In this document: positions 63,150 through 64,000 of the stretch, piece by piece | Layout of the letters: each line of letters begins with the position of its first letter | Position numbering within the stretch: position 1 is the first letter of the stretch | Source: Mobula birostris | Lineage: Eukaryota | DNA: 64,000 nt | Assembly (NCBI RefSeq): GCF_030028105.1 | Contig: NC_092372.1 | Coordinates: 69,878,034-69,942,033 of the forward strand | Direction of reading: 5' to 3' | Program-made: the position numbers and the translations under genes | The notes under the pieces: generated by a model | Databases searched by the model: none | The model's input: only the letters and a program-made list of their open reading frames with translations | What the model was told of the DNA's origin: nothing

Positions 63150-64000
63150 ATAACCATATAGCAACTACAGCACAGAAACAGGCCATCTCTGCCCTTCTAG
63201 TCTGTGCCGAACGCTTACTCTCAGCTAGTCCCACCAACCTGCACTCAGCCCATAACCCTCCATTCCTTTCCTGTCCATATAACTATCCAATTTAACTTTA
63301 AATGACAACATCGAACCTGCCTCAACCACTTCTGCTGGAAGCTCGTTCCACACAGCTACCACTCTCTGAGTAAAGAAGTTCCCCCTCATGTTAACCCCAA
63401 AACTTTTGCCCCTTAACTCTCAACTGATGTCCTCTTGTTTGAATCGTCCTTACTCTCAATGGAAAAAGCCTATCCACATCAACTCGGTCTATCCACTTCA
63501 TAATTTTAAATACCTCTATCAAGTCTCCCCTCAACTTTCTACGTTCCAAAGAATAAAGACCCAACTTGTTCAACCTTTCTCTGTAACTTAGGTGATGAAA
63601 CCCAGGAAACATTCTAGTAAATCTTCTCTGTACTCTCTATTTTGTTGATATCTTCCCTATAATTCGGTGACCAGAACTGTACACAATACTCCAAATTTGG
63701 CCTTACCAATGCCTTGTACAATTTTAACATTGCATCCCAACTTCTATACTCAATGCTCTGATTTATAAAGGCCAGCATACCAAAAGCTTTCTTCACCACC
63801 CTATCCACATGAGATTCCACCTTCAGGGAACTATGCGCCATTATTCCTAGATCCCTCTGTTCTACTGCATTCTTCAATGCCCTACCATTTACCATGTATG
63901 TCCTATTTTGATTAGTCCTACTAAAATGTAGCACCTCACATTTTTCAGCATTAAACTCCATCTGCCATCTTTCAGCCCACTCTTCTAACTGGCCTAAATC
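63150..64000 (-). mobile_element. Relatively young CR1 LINE 3' part, inserted in Tc1 and running off the window
   Basis: WQMEFNAEKCEVLHF, LYKALVRPNLEYCVQFWSP, LSYRERLNKLGLYSLERRKLRGDLIEVFKIM. Confidence 0.88.

Overview
Eukaryotic (vertebrate) genomic DNA, most likely a cartilaginous fish (ray or shark). That call is inferred from the repeat content: V-SINE/HE1-like SINEs, Penelope-like, CR1, Rex1/Babar, RTE, Tx1, Tc1 and hAT elements. The window covers the conserved LIAS-RPL9-KLB cluster: LIAS exons 1-5 (minus strand, the rest lies left of the window), a complete RPL9 (plus strand) and a complete 5-exon beta-Klotho KLB (minus strand, about 1007 aa). Introns and intergenic DNA are dense with transposon relics. 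The main discovery is that RPL9 carries two tandem copies of its last coding exon (36635-36741 and 37971-38080). They differ at 17 synonymous but only 3 non-synonymous codons over 31 alignable codons, so both appear to be maintained by selection and would give two uL6 C-termini. The surrounding introns hold several hand-folded sense-strand RNA hairpins and a candidate poison exon, suggesting an RNA-structure-controlled splicing switch. Also notable are a 47-bp CTCF-motif-like minisatellite at the LIAS promoter with a relic copy of LIAS exon 1 beyond it, a LINE insertion in the RPL9 promoter, a local inversion revealed by a flipped hAT end and its TSD, and lineage-specific oddities in KLB. Comparisons to human genes are from memory, not from searches.
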